NCBI GenBank assembly: GCA_963668315.1
Contig: OY764216.1
Span: forward strand, 3,968,001 to 4,032,000
DNA length: 64,000 nucleotides
Direction: 5' to 3'
From: Spirochaetia bacterium
GTDB lineage: Bacteria; Spirochaetota; Spirochaetia; DSM-2461
Shown: positions 49,701 through 59,078 of the stretch, in pieces
Numbering within the stretch: the stretch's first letter is position 1
Layout of the letters: each line of letters opens with the position of its first letter
Program-made: the position numbers and the translations under genes
Notes under the pieces: model-generated
The model's database searches: none
What the model was told of the DNA's origin: nothing
What the model saw: only the letters and a program-made list of their open reading frames with translations

Positions 49701-50138
49701 AAAGCAGTTCATGCCGTACCGGTAGAAGAGTCCCGCCAGGACATTGGCGATCTCGTATAAGCTCGTCTCGTCATCCAGAAAATCAAGGAGCAGGCGGTAA
49801 CGGCTGTCCCTCCTCTTTTTTATCTCCTCCAGCTTCTTATAGAGGATGATCTTCAGGTTGTCCATAAAGAGAACCGTCCTCGGTTCTGTTCCGTCCTGAC
49901 GCCAGGGATGGTCAAAATGGTCGGAAAACTGTCTGATGGCCTGTTCCGGATAGAGAGAGGTGAATCCGGCGCTGACTCCCTTCAGATCGGTCAGTCTGAG
50001 TTTCAGCCACTCCCCCATATTCCTGTTCTGAACGACAAACCAGAGGGGCGGTCCGAAAAGATCGGGATTAACGAAATGGTCCGCCCTCTCTTCAAGAAAA
50101 GCTTCAATGCGATTGCTCTGGTATAAACGGTATCCCAT
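46782..50138 (-). CDS. recC: Exodeoxyribonuclease V gamma subunit
   Basis: YQSNRIE, VQNRNMGEWLK, WQRLLW, DIALMAPDI..FAPFIEALF, LKPLRAVPFRVVILLGM and YLEAFLSAR; about 1118 aa. Confidence 0.88.
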   Translation of the reverse strand: MGYRLYQSNRIEAFLEERADHFVNPDLFGPPLWFVVQNRNMGEWLKLRLTDLKGVSAGFTSLYPEQAIRQFSDHFDHPWRQDGTEPRTVLFMDNLKIILYKKLEEIKKRRDSRYRLLLDFLDDETSLYEIANVLAGLFYRYGMNCFDLTAAWEEGRSIGLGGSAEAHETWQRLLWQELFGPEAPYILLSRILVYIREKELPYTGPQGKVILFGSSFLGDAGLNFFSYLSRYVEVEHYLFTPSRVFLTDSEENPLEEWEPLTTLIQGVSGFFKEKPPRDMVPDVGEKMDYPDTLLGNLQQSLWTNRFPGKRELSLFAPPPGEDDSVRFFSCTGAWRQVEEARNAIIGLLRDDDTLQLTDIALMAPDINEFAPFIEALFQDDNLTLPYNFIDLKNQSQSAYTDAFLSLLELPGGRFSRNDMFRLFRNPCFAQAFSIGEGEIRDWQEICRDTGILWGMDGEHLSSMDLPPRENNRWERGFGRLLDGMVYESAGDKDNLPYVFPDESRNISVGKLIHIVRSLYQDFYGLNRQKAPLEKWIPRIEQLMEKYLAVRPDNRGDEGDRERIKAVFRNINNVMEGLDYLSSLPDPRMPWNVYRSLVLELIGKTGLRKGGYLTRGISCSSLKPLRAVPFRVVILLGMDYGRFPGSDEEFSFDLTELARPSVDLSRRAGDRFSYLEAFLSAREKFWVFYTGRSHVSGETLHPSPVITELSDIVEKHKESFGQSGEDLYIPLPLQPYDSSRFEGSRVLPSFDLTAYEQARVLRDKGARGVDGTVTVLPERESPEEIDMRDLINFFRNPLGSFGRKSLRIFHREDIDEDGEILDPVDPAPFEDVRFYEEIIGRWCDTGPLAPESLDSLAQEWWSHSVKTGHLSGSGWDRPSFRQLLNSGESLLGGLNGIDRALWEGGVPRERRFLNDVIEETAGHTRYLRAVETESRRGPVSLTGETEPLYGGEILGSARYCYGKKEKTKDLFAPFLSHLFLVQREGHGYYGRQVLLAGSGFSRLAGWTSQTAQRGEYFQPVPEPEKILAKLTDLYLRNLTRPLPFYPSLIDEAAELMDKGKLERSNLPREWPYLWKKALTRDQGYFDLKNCPYREMLMPEGPVWDEGLDILFDDIVPYLL

Positions 50139-50860
50139 TATTTCTCCATATTCTCTATCAGTTCGGAAACGAGTACGAACTCGTACCCCATCTCCCTGAC
50201 CTGGGGTATCCACTCCGATAGAACCTCCCGGGTATGCAGGGAGCTACCGAAGTGGCTGAGTATGATATTGCCCGGCTGCAGGTGTTCCCAGAGCCATGCC
50301 AGCTGCGATTCCACCGTGTCCCTCTTGTTGTAACCCTTTGCATCGTTATCCCACAGAACGACCGTATACCCTTCGGAACGCACGACAGGGAGGGAGGGAA
50401 AGGGACCGTCCAGACGCCCGCCCGAAGGTCTGACGAGACGGGGGGCTTTCCCGGTGATTGCGTTCAAAGCCTCATCGGTTTTGTTCAGTTCCCTCCGCTG
50501 CTCTTCCTCCGGCAGGAAGGGCAGCAGACGGTGGCTGTAGCCGTGCCCGCAGATCTCAAACCCCATCCCGTTCATGCGGCGGATCCAATCGGCTCGGAAC
50601 CTGATAAGCTTTCCCGGAATGAAAACCGTACAGGGAACATGGTTTTCTTCCAGATAGTCGAGAAGATCATAGTCGGGGACCCAGCCGTCATCAATGGTAA
50701 GGGCGATTTTCTTGCTGTCCCTTCTCCCGTGATAGATAACGGAAAGCCCGTTGTCATCCCAGCGGTTCTGCCCGGTGTAATCCCCTTCATTTTCGCTGCA
50801 GAATCCGCTCAGCGGAATCAGGAACAGCAGGAAAAGCAGGGCATGAAACCTATTTCCCAT
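50138..50860 (-). CDS. Secreted polysaccharide deacetylase (CE4/NodB)
   Basis: Signal peptide; ALTIDDG, HGYSH, RPSGG and IILSH. Confidence 0.88.
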   Translation of the reverse strand: MGNRFHALLFLLFLIPLSGFCSENEGDYTGQNRWDDNGLSVIYHGRRDSKKIALTIDDGWVPDYDLLDYLEENHVPCTVFIPGKLIRFRADWIRRMNGMGFEICGHGYSHRLLPFLPEEEQRRELNKTDEALNAITGKAPRLVRPSGGRLDGPFPSLPVVRSEGYTVVLWDNDAKGYNKRDTVESQLAWLWEHLQPGNIILSHFGSSLHTREVLSEWIPQVREMGYEFVLVSELIENMEK

Positions 50861-51818
50861 TTAAGGAGAGGAAAAACTCATACTGAATATCACCGGCGTC
50901 GGGATATCCTTCATGGCCGTAATCGGGATAGATAATCATATTCTTCTCGGCCTTGATATTGTTATAGGCGGCGAACTGCGTCGAGGGGGGACAAATATCG
51001 TCCAGAAGCCCCGTGACCATGAGAACCTCCCCCTTGATGCGCCGGGCCAGATGGTGCACATCGATATATCCCAGGTTCTTGAAAAAGGAATCGATTCTTT
51101 CATGGCGTGGATCAAATCTCCGCAGATATTCTTTGATGTCCTCGTAGGCTTTTACATCCAGATCCATCTCCCAGACACGCTGATAATCACAGAGAAAGGG
51201 ATACTGGCTGAAAACTTTTTTAATGCCCGGAGACAGAGCGGCCGCCACAAGAGCCAGAGCCCCCCCCTGGGACCCGCCGGCCGAACCCAGCCGGTTCTCG
51301 TCCACTTCGTCGAAGGAGGACACGATCTTCACAAGCTGGGCCGTATCAAGGAAGATGCGGCGGTAAAGAAGGTTTTCCGGACCGCCGTCTATGCCCCGGG
51401 TGATATGTCCGGACAGGGTATTGCCGGCTACGCCTCCCAGTTCTTCGCTCTTCCCTCCCTGGCCGCGGCAGTCCATGGCGCAGACGCAGAAGCCGGAAGC
51501 GGCATATGGAAGGTAATTGGTCCAGTCCCCGGAATGCCCCGAATAACCGTGCCAGAAAAAAAGAGTGGGCAACGGTTCGGCCGCGTTCTTTGGTCTGAGG
51601 TACTTGGCATACACCCGGGAACCGTCCAGGCCGGAAAAATAGAGATCAAGACATTCGGCCAGGGGGGACTGAAACCGGGCGGGCTTCAGTTCCAGCTGAG
51701 AGTCGAGCTGGTCTATCTGATTCAGACCCTTCTCCCAGTATTCGTCAAAATCTTTGGGCCGGGGATTGATACCGGTATATTTCTTTAGTTCCTTCAGAGG
51801 CATATCTAAAACGGGCAT
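50850..51818 (-). CDS. Acetylxylan esterase / cephalosporin-C deacetylase (CE7)
   Basis: PKDFDEYW, HGY, DCRGQGG, GGSQGG, CPPSTQFA and GHE. Confidence 0.9.
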   Translation of the reverse strand: MPVLDMPLKELKKYTGINPRPKDFDEYWEKGLNQIDQLDSQLELKPARFQSPLAECLDLYFSGLDGSRVYAKYLRPKNAAEPLPTLFFWHGYSGHSGDWTNYLPYAASGFCVCAMDCRGQGGKSEELGGVAGNTLSGHITRGIDGGPENLLYRRIFLDTAQLVKIVSSFDEVDENRLGSAGGSQGGALALVAAALSPGIKKVFSQYPFLCDYQRVWEMDLDVKAYEDIKEYLRRFDPRHERIDSFFKNLGYIDVHHLARRIKGEVLMVTGLLDDICPPSTQFAAYNNIKAEKNMIIYPDYGHEGYPDAGDIQYEFFLSLNGK

Positions 51819-51831
51819 ACGCAACTTCCTC

Positions 51832-52848
51832 CTATTCCATTTCTCCCATTATGAACTCAGATAGTTCTTCGAGCAAGTCCTTTTTATCGGGAAAAGTCTC
51901 TTCAAGTCCCTTCAGGGCCTCTTCTACGGCATCGGGGCGGTAGGATACTCCCGGGAAAATCCCTTCAAGGGAAGCGATAAGATCGGGATAAAGCGAATCG
52001 GTATAGACAGTGACGGACCTGACGGCGCCGTTCTTCACATCAAAGAGCAGATCCACATGGCCGAGAGCCAGCCTCCCTTCCATCCGATGGGTGAAGGGAG
52101 GGGTTTTCCCGTAGAGCCATTCGGTGGATTTCAGCTTCTCATAGAGCCCGGAAAACCCCTCTTTGCTCCTCATATATTCCCTGTCGATCCGTATCGTGCG
52201 GATTTCTCCCCTGTAGGTCTCCCCGAATTCCCGGCTTATTTCACGGCACAGGGCATCATGATTAATCTCCCCGTTCAGTTCGGCGAGGTTGATAACCCGG
52301 CTCCTTACGGATTTGACGCCCTTGGCTTCCAGTTTCTTCTTCGGGGGGGTCAGGTAACTGCTCAGTCTGCTCAGATCTGTATTGATCAGCAGAGTGCCGT
52401 GATGGAAAGCCCGGTCGCTCAGCTTTCTGAAGGCGCTGCCCGAGAATTTCCGCTCCTCCCCTTCCCACAGAACGGTTAAATCGTTCCGGCCCGATACGGA
52501 GGCATCGACGGAGAACTTTTTCAGAGCCCGGGAGATCATACCAAAGCCTACCCGGGGATCGTAATCGTCCACGCCGGCCAGAAAAGTGAAATTCGTATTC
52601 TGCAGATCATGATAGACGGCCCCGCCTCCGCTCTGGCGGCGGGCCAGGTATACCCCGTCACGTTCCATGACGGCCGTACGGCATTCGGTCCAGGGATTCT
52701 GATACCGTCCGATGACCACCGTGTCCGCGTTTCTCCAAAGATATAAGGTGGGAACGGAGGGATCCATACGCGTGAAGATCCAGTCCTCCACCGCCAGATT
52801 AAACCAGGGTTCGTACTCTTCGGATAAAAAAAGATTCAGTTCCTTCAT
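51832..52848 (-). CDS. lplA: Lipoate-protein ligase A
   Basis: PWFNLAVE, LWRNADTVVIGRYQNPW, RRQSGGGAVYHD, KFSGSA, HHGTLL and SVRSRV. Confidence 0.95.
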   Translation of the reverse strand: MKELNLFLSEEYEPWFNLAVEDWIFTRMDPSVPTLYLWRNADTVVIGRYQNPWTECRTAVMERDGVYLARRQSGGGAVYHDLQNTNFTFLAGVDDYDPRVGFGMISRALKKFSVDASVSGRNDLTVLWEGEERKFSGSAFRKLSDRAFHHGTLLINTDLSRLSSYLTPPKKKLEAKGVKSVRSRVINLAELNGEINHDALCREISREFGETYRGEIRTIRIDREYMRSKEGFSGLYEKLKSTEWLYGKTPPFTHRMEGRLALGHVDLLFDVKNGAVRSVTVYTDSLYPDLIASLEGIFPGVSYRPDAVEEALKGLEETFPDKKDLLEELSEFIMGEME

Positions 52849-53723
52849 GATTTCTCCCTTCCCGCCAGCTGGGAGAGAAGCATGCCCCCCAGCATGAGGG
52901 CACAGCCGAACAGCTGACGGAATGTCAGGACTTCCGCCAGAAATAACGCCCCGGCCAGAGCGGCGAAAGCCCCTTCCATGGACAGAATAATTACCGCATG
53001 GGAGGGGGGAACATGTTTCTGAGCCACAACCTGAAGGGTATAGGCCACCCCCACCGACATGATTCCGCCGTACAGGATCGGAACGGCGGCGAAGCGGATC
53101 CCCTCCCAGGTCGGCGTTTCAAAGATAAAGGCTCCGGCTACGCTGTAAACGGCGCAGAGGGCAAACTGGACAAAGGAGAAGAGAAGGGAATCCAGCCGGG
53201 AAGAGGCCCGTCCCACCACGATGATGTGCAGCGCCCAGAAGAGGGAGCCGATGAGCACGATCAAATCCCCCTTCCCCATATTCAGTCCCTGGGTAATGGA
53301 AAGAAAATAGAGACCGGCCAGTGCCAGGAGAGCCGCAATCCAGCGGATAAGCCCGATCGTCTGCCCCAGAAAATACCCCAGGATGGGAACCAGGACCACA
53401 TAGAAGCCGGTGATGAATCCCCCATTCCCCGCCGTGGTCGTCACAAGGCCAATCTGCTGCAGGGTCGAGGCGGTGAATACCACCGTACCCGCGACAAGTC
53501 CGTACAGAAGATAGGGGCGGACCTGACGATGTTCCGCCGGCAGAGATTTCCAGCGAAGGGCAATAAGAGGAACAAGGGATAAGGGACCGATGACATATCG
53601 GGCGGCGTTATAGGTCAAGGGGCCGATATAATCCATACCGACTCTCTGAGCGACGAAGGCGGTTCCCCAGATTATCGATGTGAGCATCAGAAGCAAATCG
53701 TTGGTGAGTACGTTTTTTTTCAT
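52845..53723 (-). CDS. DMT/EamA family transporter
   Basis: About 10 TMs; IWGTAF and LQVVAQK. Confidence 0.9.
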   Translation of the reverse strand: MKKNVLTNDLLLMLTSIIWGTAFVAQRVGMDYIGPLTYNAARYVIGPLSLVPLIALRWKSLPAEHRQVRPYLLYGLVAGTVVFTASTLQQIGLVTTTAGNGGFITGFYVVLVPILGYFLGQTIGLIRWIAALLALAGLYFLSITQGLNMGKGDLIVLIGSLFWALHIIVVGRASSRLDSLLFSFVQFALCAVYSVAGAFIFETPTWEGIRFAAVPILYGGIMSVGVAYTLQVVAQKHVPPSHAVIILSMEGAFAALAGALFLAEVLTFRQLFGCALMLGGMLLSQLAGREKS

Positions 53724-53785
53724 GGACCTATCTTATCCTTAATAGTAAGCCGTGGCAAGTTGGAGCTAAGGAACGGAACCGGCCC

Positions 53786-55060
53786 TTAATACCGGTAGAT
53801 AATTCTCAGATAATAGTTGTCATCCGAAGGATTTCTCCGCAGATCCTCATCGGGCGGATCGGAGAGAAAGATATCTGCCCCCGTTTCAAAGGACCAGAAA
53901 TCGGTAAGACTGAAGGCGGCCCGGGGAGCCAAATAGATGCGGGGATAGAGGAGAGCGGCATTCAGCTGGGCCTTCATTTTTTCACGGAAGAAACTTTTCT
54001 CCATATGCTCCACCACAAAGGCTATCTGCTGGAGGGGCTGATCATGAAATCCCCGGATCTGCTCGGCCAGATAATCTCCGGCCGCCTTGTCCGCCCCGTC
54101 GTCCTCCTTCCCGAAGTTGATGAAATAGGAGTAAACGATGCTTGTCTGGGAAAGAATACCCCAGGGAAGATTGGCCAGGAGCTGCGTATTGACCGTTATA
54201 TCGGAATATTGCGCGCCCCTGTCCTTTCCCTCCCAGTTATCCGTAATATTCAGGGCGAAATCCTGGGAGAGGGTGGTATTTCCCAATCCGGTGGAATAGG
54301 CCAGTCCGATGGTCTGCTTTCTGTTATAAACGGGGGTGATTACCGACGGCGTTGCGGAGTCGATCACCTCAAAGCTAAAGTCCGGGGTGTTTTCCACGTA
54401 ATTACCGTAGAGAAACTGCCAGTCCATCTTCTCACCGTAGCGGCTGTAGCAGAAGAAAAAAGAATGAAGGCTGTCGGTAATATAGGCGTCATCGGACCAC
54501 TGGATGGTATCCTGTGTATCCGGGAGGTATACATCTCCGGCCTGTTCCCTGTCCGGTCTTGTAACGGGTACATAGATAAATTCCAGGGTATCGGAAAAGG
54601 TGGGATAGTACTTCACCTGAAACAGGGGATCGGCCCGGCGGTTGTCATAGGATTCGTCCAGGCTCAAAAGAACGCTGTTTTTGCTGTGCAAGGCGTTCAG
54701 CGGGCCGTAGACATCGGCAAACCCCGTGGTAATCAGCTTCTGCCCCAGGAAAAAATCGAAATTACCCGCCGGCAGAAAAAGATACGCCTCATCCAGGATA
54801 TCGGCGGGTTCGATGGACTCCTCATCCCCTTCAAGCTGGGTCCAGAGACGGGCCGAAAGGGTCCACTCCAGAACCGTGTCATCATCGTATCCGTTGAAAT
54901 AGGGCCGCATGTAAATCCGGCTTCGCAAGTTCTCATACCCTTCGGACGGTTCGATTCCCCCGTAATAATCCCAGAAACCGGTAAAACGGAACTCCTGGGC
55001 GTACAGGGAAAAGGATTCCAGAAGGACAATCGCTGCCAGAATGAATGCCAGACGTTTCAC
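53786..55060 (-). CDS. Predicted outer-membrane beta-barrel protein
   Basis: GTG start after AGGAGG; signal peptide; LDEAYL..GQK..TG.AD porin-like motif; ends YLRIIYRY. Confidence 0.68.
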   Translation of the reverse strand: MKRLAFILAAIVLLESFSLYAQEFRFTGFWDYYGGIEPSEGYENLRSRIYMRPYFNGYDDDTVLEWTLSARLWTQLEGDEESIEPADILDEAYLFLPAGNFDFFLGQKLITTGFADVYGPLNALHSKNSVLLSLDESYDNRRADPLFQVKYYPTFSDTLEFIYVPVTRPDREQAGDVYLPDTQDTIQWSDDAYITDSLHSFFFCYSRYGEKMDWQFLYGNYVENTPDFSFEVIDSATPSVITPVYNRKQTIGLAYSTGLGNTTLSQDFALNITDNWEGKDRGAQYSDITVNTQLLANLPWGILSQTSIVYSYFINFGKEDDGADKAAGDYLAEQIRGFHDQPLQQIAFVVEHMEKSFFREKMKAQLNAALLYPRIYLAPRAAFSLTDFWSFETGADIFLSDPPDEDLRRNPSDDNYYLRIIYRY

Positions 55061-55070
55061 AGGCCCCCTC

Positions 55071-55844
55071 CTACTGATTCTGAAGATAGCGGGTGGTAAA
55101 GTAACTGTCGGGGATTTCATCCGTATTGGCGTTACTTACTTCGATAACCGATTTATGGCCGGACTGAACATTGGTCATGGAAACCTTCGAGGGATAGATC
55201 GTGGGACCGAAGACGAGAAAGCCCTCGGCTTCGTATACTTTGAGCAGATCCCCGTTGAAATCGTAATATTCCCGGCGGTGAAGCATGTAGTTGTCCTTGC
55301 GGTGATAGCTCAGCGTATAGGAGTAGCCGATATCCTGCTGCACCTCGTTTGTCTTTCCCCAGGATTTGACGGCGTAGCAGTCCACTCCGTCTATGGTGGC
55401 ATCTTCGAGCATTTCGAAGTTCAGATCCTTCAGGTCGTCGCTGATTAGGTCGCGGTAGGTGAAATCGCTGCCCATGAAATATCCGCCGCCGGAGCTCTCC
55501 AGAGCGATGCGCTTGATTCTTCTGACGGCGGGAAGGTAGATCCACATATTGTTCTCCCTTTCGTCGAAATAGGAGTGCATGAGCAGTCCCGTTCCCCTCA
55601 CGGTGGCGGGGAAATCGAACAGAAACAGGCGGTTGTTCTGCTCATCGCCGATGTTTTTCTGATACACCCGGGCTTTTATCTCCCTGACATCCCCCTTCTG
55701 AGAAATCAGGGACACATTAAACTCCCCCTGAATGGAGGGAACGTTGAGAGTTTTCAGAAAATTGTCCATCAGTTCGTCAACGGTGATAGCTCCGGCGGGC
55801 AGCAGGATAGCCGTAAGCAAGAGGAGCAGGCTAATTTTTTTCAT
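55071..55844 (-). CDS. Outer-membrane lipoprotein-sorting (LolA-like) protein
   Basis: Signal peptide; GTGLL, MWIYLPAVRRIKRI, FMGSDFTYRD and YFTTRYL. Confidence 0.85.
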   Translation of the reverse strand: MKKISLLLLLTAILLPAGAITVDELMDNFLKTLNVPSIQGEFNVSLISQKGDVREIKARVYQKNIGDEQNNRLFLFDFPATVRGTGLLMHSYFDERENNMWIYLPAVRRIKRIALESSGGGYFMGSDFTYRDLISDDLKDLNFEMLEDATIDGVDCYAVKSWGKTNEVQQDIGYSYTLSYHRKDNYMLHRREYYDFNGDLLKVYEAEGFLVFGPTIYPSKVSMTNVQSGHKSVIEVSNANTDEIPDSYFTTRYLQNQ

Positions 55845-58047
55845 CGGTTTTTTTCTCCTTTTCTAATCGAATGGGCAGGGTGATAAGGGGTATGAGATAG
55901 AGGCTGAAAAAGAAAGACAGTATCAGGGAAATCATTAGGAGAAATCCCAGGTTCCGCGCTCCCTGAAAGGAAGAGAAGAACAGTACGGAAAAGGACAGGA
56001 GGGAGGTCAGAAAACTGAGGAAAATGGGTACACCCGAATATCCGAATACCCGGGAGAAACCTTTTTCCAGAGAACCCACCGGCCCCATCTTGTCCAGGGC
56101 GACAAGGGTATGGATGCTGTAATCGATAACAAGCCCCGTTATGATGGCGACAAAGATAATGGAAAACGTATCGATGCTCAGTCCCGCCGTTCCTATGATT
56201 CCGAAGGATATGATCATGCTGATGGCCCCCGGAACCAGACTGAGAAATGCCAGGGAGAGCTTTCGGTAAAAGAAGAGGACCGTAATGAAGATAAGAAAGC
56301 TTCCGCAGAAGAAGGAGAGTCCCCAGTTCTGTCTCAGGGTCGTCTGTTCCTCTTCAAGCTGACTGACCATACCGTGGATGGTCAGGGACCAGCCTTCCGG
56401 CAGGGAAGCGGAGATCTCATCGGTGATGGTATAGAATCGTTCCAGATCCTCCGAACTGCGGTAGAAGAGCAGTCCCTTGATGGAAAAATACCTCAGGGAG
56501 TTGTCCAGAAGGGACTCGTATTCCAGGGGATCAACACTGGAGGAGTAATAGAGCAGATACTGCTCTATAAGGGCATCGTAAAAATCGTCATATTCGCTGC
56601 TGGTAAGGAAAGACTCTTCGTCTCCCATGAAATAAAAATTCATCCGCTTGAGAACGGAAAGAAGGGAAAAGGCGTACCCCACGTCACCCTCTTCCAGCTT
56701 CTTGTGCATTTCGTTTACGGCGAGGATGGAATCCTTTTTTAATATCCCGTTCCCCTCTCCGGTGTCCACTTCGAGGAAAAAAGGCACGGTTCCGTAGAAC
56801 TGTTCGTTGATTTTCCTGTCGGCCTTCTTAATGGTGGTGGACTCGGGAAGCTGCTGGATGGGATAGGGTTCTATGGTCAGCCGGAAAAGCTGGATCCCCC
56901 CCCAGACGACGGAGAGCAGAATCAGGATATATAAGATTTTCCTGTTCCTCACAAGGAAGGAGAAAAGATGCACGTTTATGGACTGGAACCGGGGGAAAAG
57001 GCGGCCTTCGCGATAGGGATAGCGTGAACAATCGAGCCAGAAGAAGACCCCCAGCCACGTCATGATCACGGCGGCTCCCATGATAAGGGCCACCTGCAGA
57101 TGACCCGAGCCGTTGATAAGACTCAGGGAGAGAAAACCGGTCAGCGTGGAAAGGGCCGTCAGGGAGAGGGGAAAGATAAGGACTTTCTTGACATTCAGAT
57201 CGATTCCCGCCCTTCTCGGTGTGAAAATATGGTGGTAAAAGAGGTGGATGAGATAATCGCTGAGGAGCCCCAGGCTGAAAACGGGGATCAGAAGGATGAG
57301 GGGAGAATCGGGAATTCCCATGAAGTGGACCAGACCGTAGGAAAAGGTAACGGAAAGGAGAATAAGAAAGAGGGAAACGAGGATAACCCGTACGCTTCTA
57401 AAAAACGAGAAAACCGCCACGACCATTATGACCAGCAGGGGAAAGAAGAGAACGATATCGCCAGTGAGTAGCGATTCGGTCTCGGCTATGATGGGCCCCC
57501 TCCCGGTATATTCGAAGGAGACCCTCCCCTTCCAGTCATTCTGAATCTGCTTGATTCCAAGGTGTATCTGACGGGATGATGTTTTGTTGCCGAAGTAGAG
57601 ATAGAAAAGCAGGGTATCCCGGTTCTCATTAATATAGGGGGAAAGCTCAGGATAGTCGCTGAGTTCACCGGCGAGATTTTCCAGATAGGACCGGTCGATT
57701 CTGTCCGCGTCAGCCGGAATGGCCCTCTGGACAATAATATCGTCATAACTGGATATGACCCGTGAGGCATTCAAAATGGACTCCACCCGGGAAAGCCCTT
57801 CCAGGGAGGAAAAGTCCTCCTGGAGCCGCTTCAGCAGAGCGATATCTCCGGGATTGGTAAACTCCAGTCCGCTGCCTTTAAGATCGGCCACGGCGATAAC
57901 CACATTCCTCTGCGGCACAAGCAGTTCGCCTTCCTTCTCGGCATACAAATTCACTTCATCACTCTCAGCACCCCGCTGAAAAGGAGACCATAGGAAGAAA
58001 ACCGAAACACATGCCAGTGTCAAAAGGAGATATAGTTGACGCCTCAT
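55831..58047 (-). CDS. MMPL/RND-family membrane transporter
   Basis: Two TM bundles with GLLSDYLIH and GLVIDYSIH motifs and periplasmic loops. Confidence 0.85.
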   Translation of the reverse strand: MRRQLYLLLTLACVSVFFLWSPFQRGAESDEVNLYAEKEGELLVPQRNVVIAVADLKGSGLEFTNPGDIALLKRLQEDFSSLEGLSRVESILNASRVISSYDDIIVQRAIPADADRIDRSYLENLAGELSDYPELSPYINENRDTLLFYLYFGNKTSSRQIHLGIKQIQNDWKGRVSFEYTGRGPIIAETESLLTGDIVLFFPLLVIMVVAVFSFFRSVRVILVSLFLILLSVTFSYGLVHFMGIPDSPLILLIPVFSLGLLSDYLIHLFYHHIFTPRRAGIDLNVKKVLIFPLSLTALSTLTGFLSLSLINGSGHLQVALIMGAAVIMTWLGVFFWLDCSRYPYREGRLFPRFQSINVHLFSFLVRNRKILYILILLSVVWGGIQLFRLTIEPYPIQQLPESTTIKKADRKINEQFYGTVPFFLEVDTGEGNGILKKDSILAVNEMHKKLEEGDVGYAFSLLSVLKRMNFYFMGDEESFLTSSEYDDFYDALIEQYLLYYSSSVDPLEYESLLDNSLRYFSIKGLLFYRSSEDLERFYTITDEISASLPEGWSLTIHGMVSQLEEEQTTLRQNWGLSFFCGSFLIFITVLFFYRKLSLAFLSLVPGAISMIISFGIIGTAGLSIDTFSIIFVAIITGLVIDYSIHTLVALDKMGPVGSLEKGFSRVFGYSGVPIFLSFLTSLLSFSVLFFSSFQGARNLGFLLMISLILSFFFSLYLIPLITLPIRLEKEKKTDEKN

Positions 58048-58161
58048 ACTAGCAGTATACTCATTTTCCCGTAAAAAACTATCGGAGAGGGGATATTTTA
58101 TCCCTTTTCTCCGGAAAAGGAACAAATGAACACCTCCATTCTCTCCTGTGACTTCTCCGGT

Positions 58162-58228
58162 TTGACAAAGGGAAAAGCCCATGATATCATTGTTTCTATA
58201 CAGAATCCATGTTTCTATATAGAAACAT
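58162..58228 (+). promoter_or_regulatory. Sigma70 promoter of kduI with tandem palindromic operator
   Basis: TTGACA-N17-(TG)ATATCAT; perfect 20-bp palindrome ATGTTTCTATATAGAAACAT at 58209-58228 plus an imperfect copy at 58190-58209. Confidence 0.8.
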
Positions 58229-58244
58229 AATAGGGAGAATGAAA

Positions 58245-59078
58245 ATGATGGATATCAGACACCCGGTACATCCGGATCATGGAAAGAAAATGGATACGGC
58301 GGAGCTGAGGAAGGAATTCCTGATTCAGAATTTATTCACCTCCGATGAAATAACTCTGGTGTACAGCCATATCGACCGTATCATAACCGGGGGAATCTTT
58401 CCGGTGAATAAGACCCTGACCTTGAAAGGAGCCAAGGAGCTGGCTAGCGAATTTTTCTTCGAAGGCCGGGAGGGGGGCATTATCAACATAGGCGGAGAGG
58501 GAACCATTGTCCTTGACGGGACCTCCTATGATATGAATTCGAAGGACGGCTTCTATATCGGCAGGGGAACCCGGGAAGTAAGCTTTTCCAGCAGGGACAG
58601 CAAAAATCCGGCTAAATTCTATTTCCTCTCCGGACCGGCCCATCACAGCTACCCCTCCAAGTGGATTCCCCTCTCCGAAGCGAACGAAGTCCACCTGGGA
58701 AGCCTGGAAGAGTCTAATGAGAGAACGATCCATCAGTATGTCCACCCCGCGGTGCTGGAGAGCTGTCAGCTCTGTATGGGCATGACCATTCTCGAGCCTA
58801 ACTGCGTCTGGAATACCATGCCTGTTCATACCCACGAAAGACGGATGGAAGTCTATTTCTACTTTAATATGGACGAGGATACGGTCGTTTTCCATCTCAT
58901 GGGAAAACCCGATGAGACGCGCCATATCGTCATGAGAAATGAAGAAGCGGTGATCTCGCCCAGCTGGTCCATCCACTCGGGAGTAGGAACCAAGAACTAT
59001 ACTTTCATCTGGGGCATGGTAGGCGAAAACAAGACCTTTACCGATATGGACCATGTGGCCATGACCGACATTAAGTAA
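58245..59078 (+). CDS. kduI: 5-dehydro-4-deoxy-D-glucuronate isomerase
   Basis: [32 protein letters not shown] and SPSWSIHSG. The start could be 58239, 58245 or 58248. Confidence 0.96.
   Translation: MMDIRHPVHPDHGKKMDTAELRKEFLIQNLFTSDEITLVYSHIDRIITGGIFPVNKTLTLKGAKELASEFFFEGREGGIINIGGEGTIVLDGTSYDMNSKDGFYIGRGTREVSFSSRDSKNPAKFYFLSGPAHHSYPSKWIPLSEANEVHLGSLEESNERTIHQYVHPAVLESCQLCMGMTILEPNCVWNTMPVHTHERRMEVYFYFNMDEDTVVFHLMGKPDETRHIVMRNEEAVISPSWSIHSGVGTKNYTFIWGMVGENKTFTDMDHVAMTDIK

Noticed and set aside
45060..55099. Long opposite-strand ORFs (45060-46166, 48039-49100, 50913-51788, 54005-55099)
   Set aside because: Each lies wholly opposite a well-supported gene and lacks family motifs.
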